Shown piece after piece: positions 63,868 through 64,000 of a stretch of 64,000 nt of DNA. The DNA lies in NCBI RefSeq assembly GCF_006345805.1, contig NC_042998.1, forward strand, positions 102,796,001-102,860,000, in the 5' to 3' direction. The notes below the pieces were generated by a model. The model ran no database searches. It was given only the letters and a program-made list of their open reading frames with translations, and was not told the origin of the DNA. Position 1 is the first letter of the stretch. Each line of letters opens with the position of its first letter. Both the position numbers and the translations under genes were made by a program. The stretch comes from Octopus sinensis. Taxonomy: Eukaryota.

Positions 63868-63915
<48 letters not shown>

Positions 63916-64000
63916 ATATGACAGAATTCTTTCAAAGTGAAAGTATTATCTCACATTAAAATAGAGGCGTAATACCGAAATAGTGAAAGAGATAAGAGAT

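Larger units (their letters stand above)
60354..63872 (+). mobile_element. Naiad-like Penelope retroelement: inverted arm 60354-60570 + 5'-truncated ORF + 1.7-kb 3' region, flanked by (TA)n
   Basis: RT thumb (YPFRK..YVNKLSNHPPNII..RISKLSSN..ALTKAGY; WLNIPFN..TVRISYSTLPNM), CKCRIKSKCPAPGLC, GIY-YIG (NVIYKC..YVG..RVRNH..LSNKIWELK..CQLCSME..CVH). Confidence 0.9.

Overview
AT-rich, repeat-dominated eukaryotic DNA. The SINE, Helitron and microsatellite content suggests a cephalopod/octopus-like mollusc (inference). There is no prokaryotic operon, rRNA, intact tRNA or CRISPR array, and most ORF-track entries are microsatellite artefacts. The window opens with three head-to-tail R4/Dong-like non-LTR retrotransposons (RT + CCHC + PD-(D/E)xK endonuclease), each joined through the (TAA)n tail of the previous one; more fragments of this clade lie downstream. 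Also present: IS630/Tc1/mariner relics, Helitron and Helentron pieces, tRNA-derived SINEs, RTE, CR1/L2 and L1/Tx1-ORF1 relics, and a few candidate host exons that I cannot assign to a gene. The main signal missing from the ORF track is RNA. At least four sequence-unrelated families of predicted type I hammerhead ribozymes sit in Penelope-like (PLE) pseudo-LTR/inverted-repeat structures beside (TA)n tracts: four copies in a Naiad-like PLE family (20.3-21.2 kb and 60.4-63.9 kb), a U3-A8 core-variant hammerhead beside a near-perfect 160-bp foldback (27.7-27.9 kb), an extended-helix-I hammerhead (43.4 kb) and an inverted pair (43.5-44.1 kb). All folds were paired by eye and none is experimentally tested.
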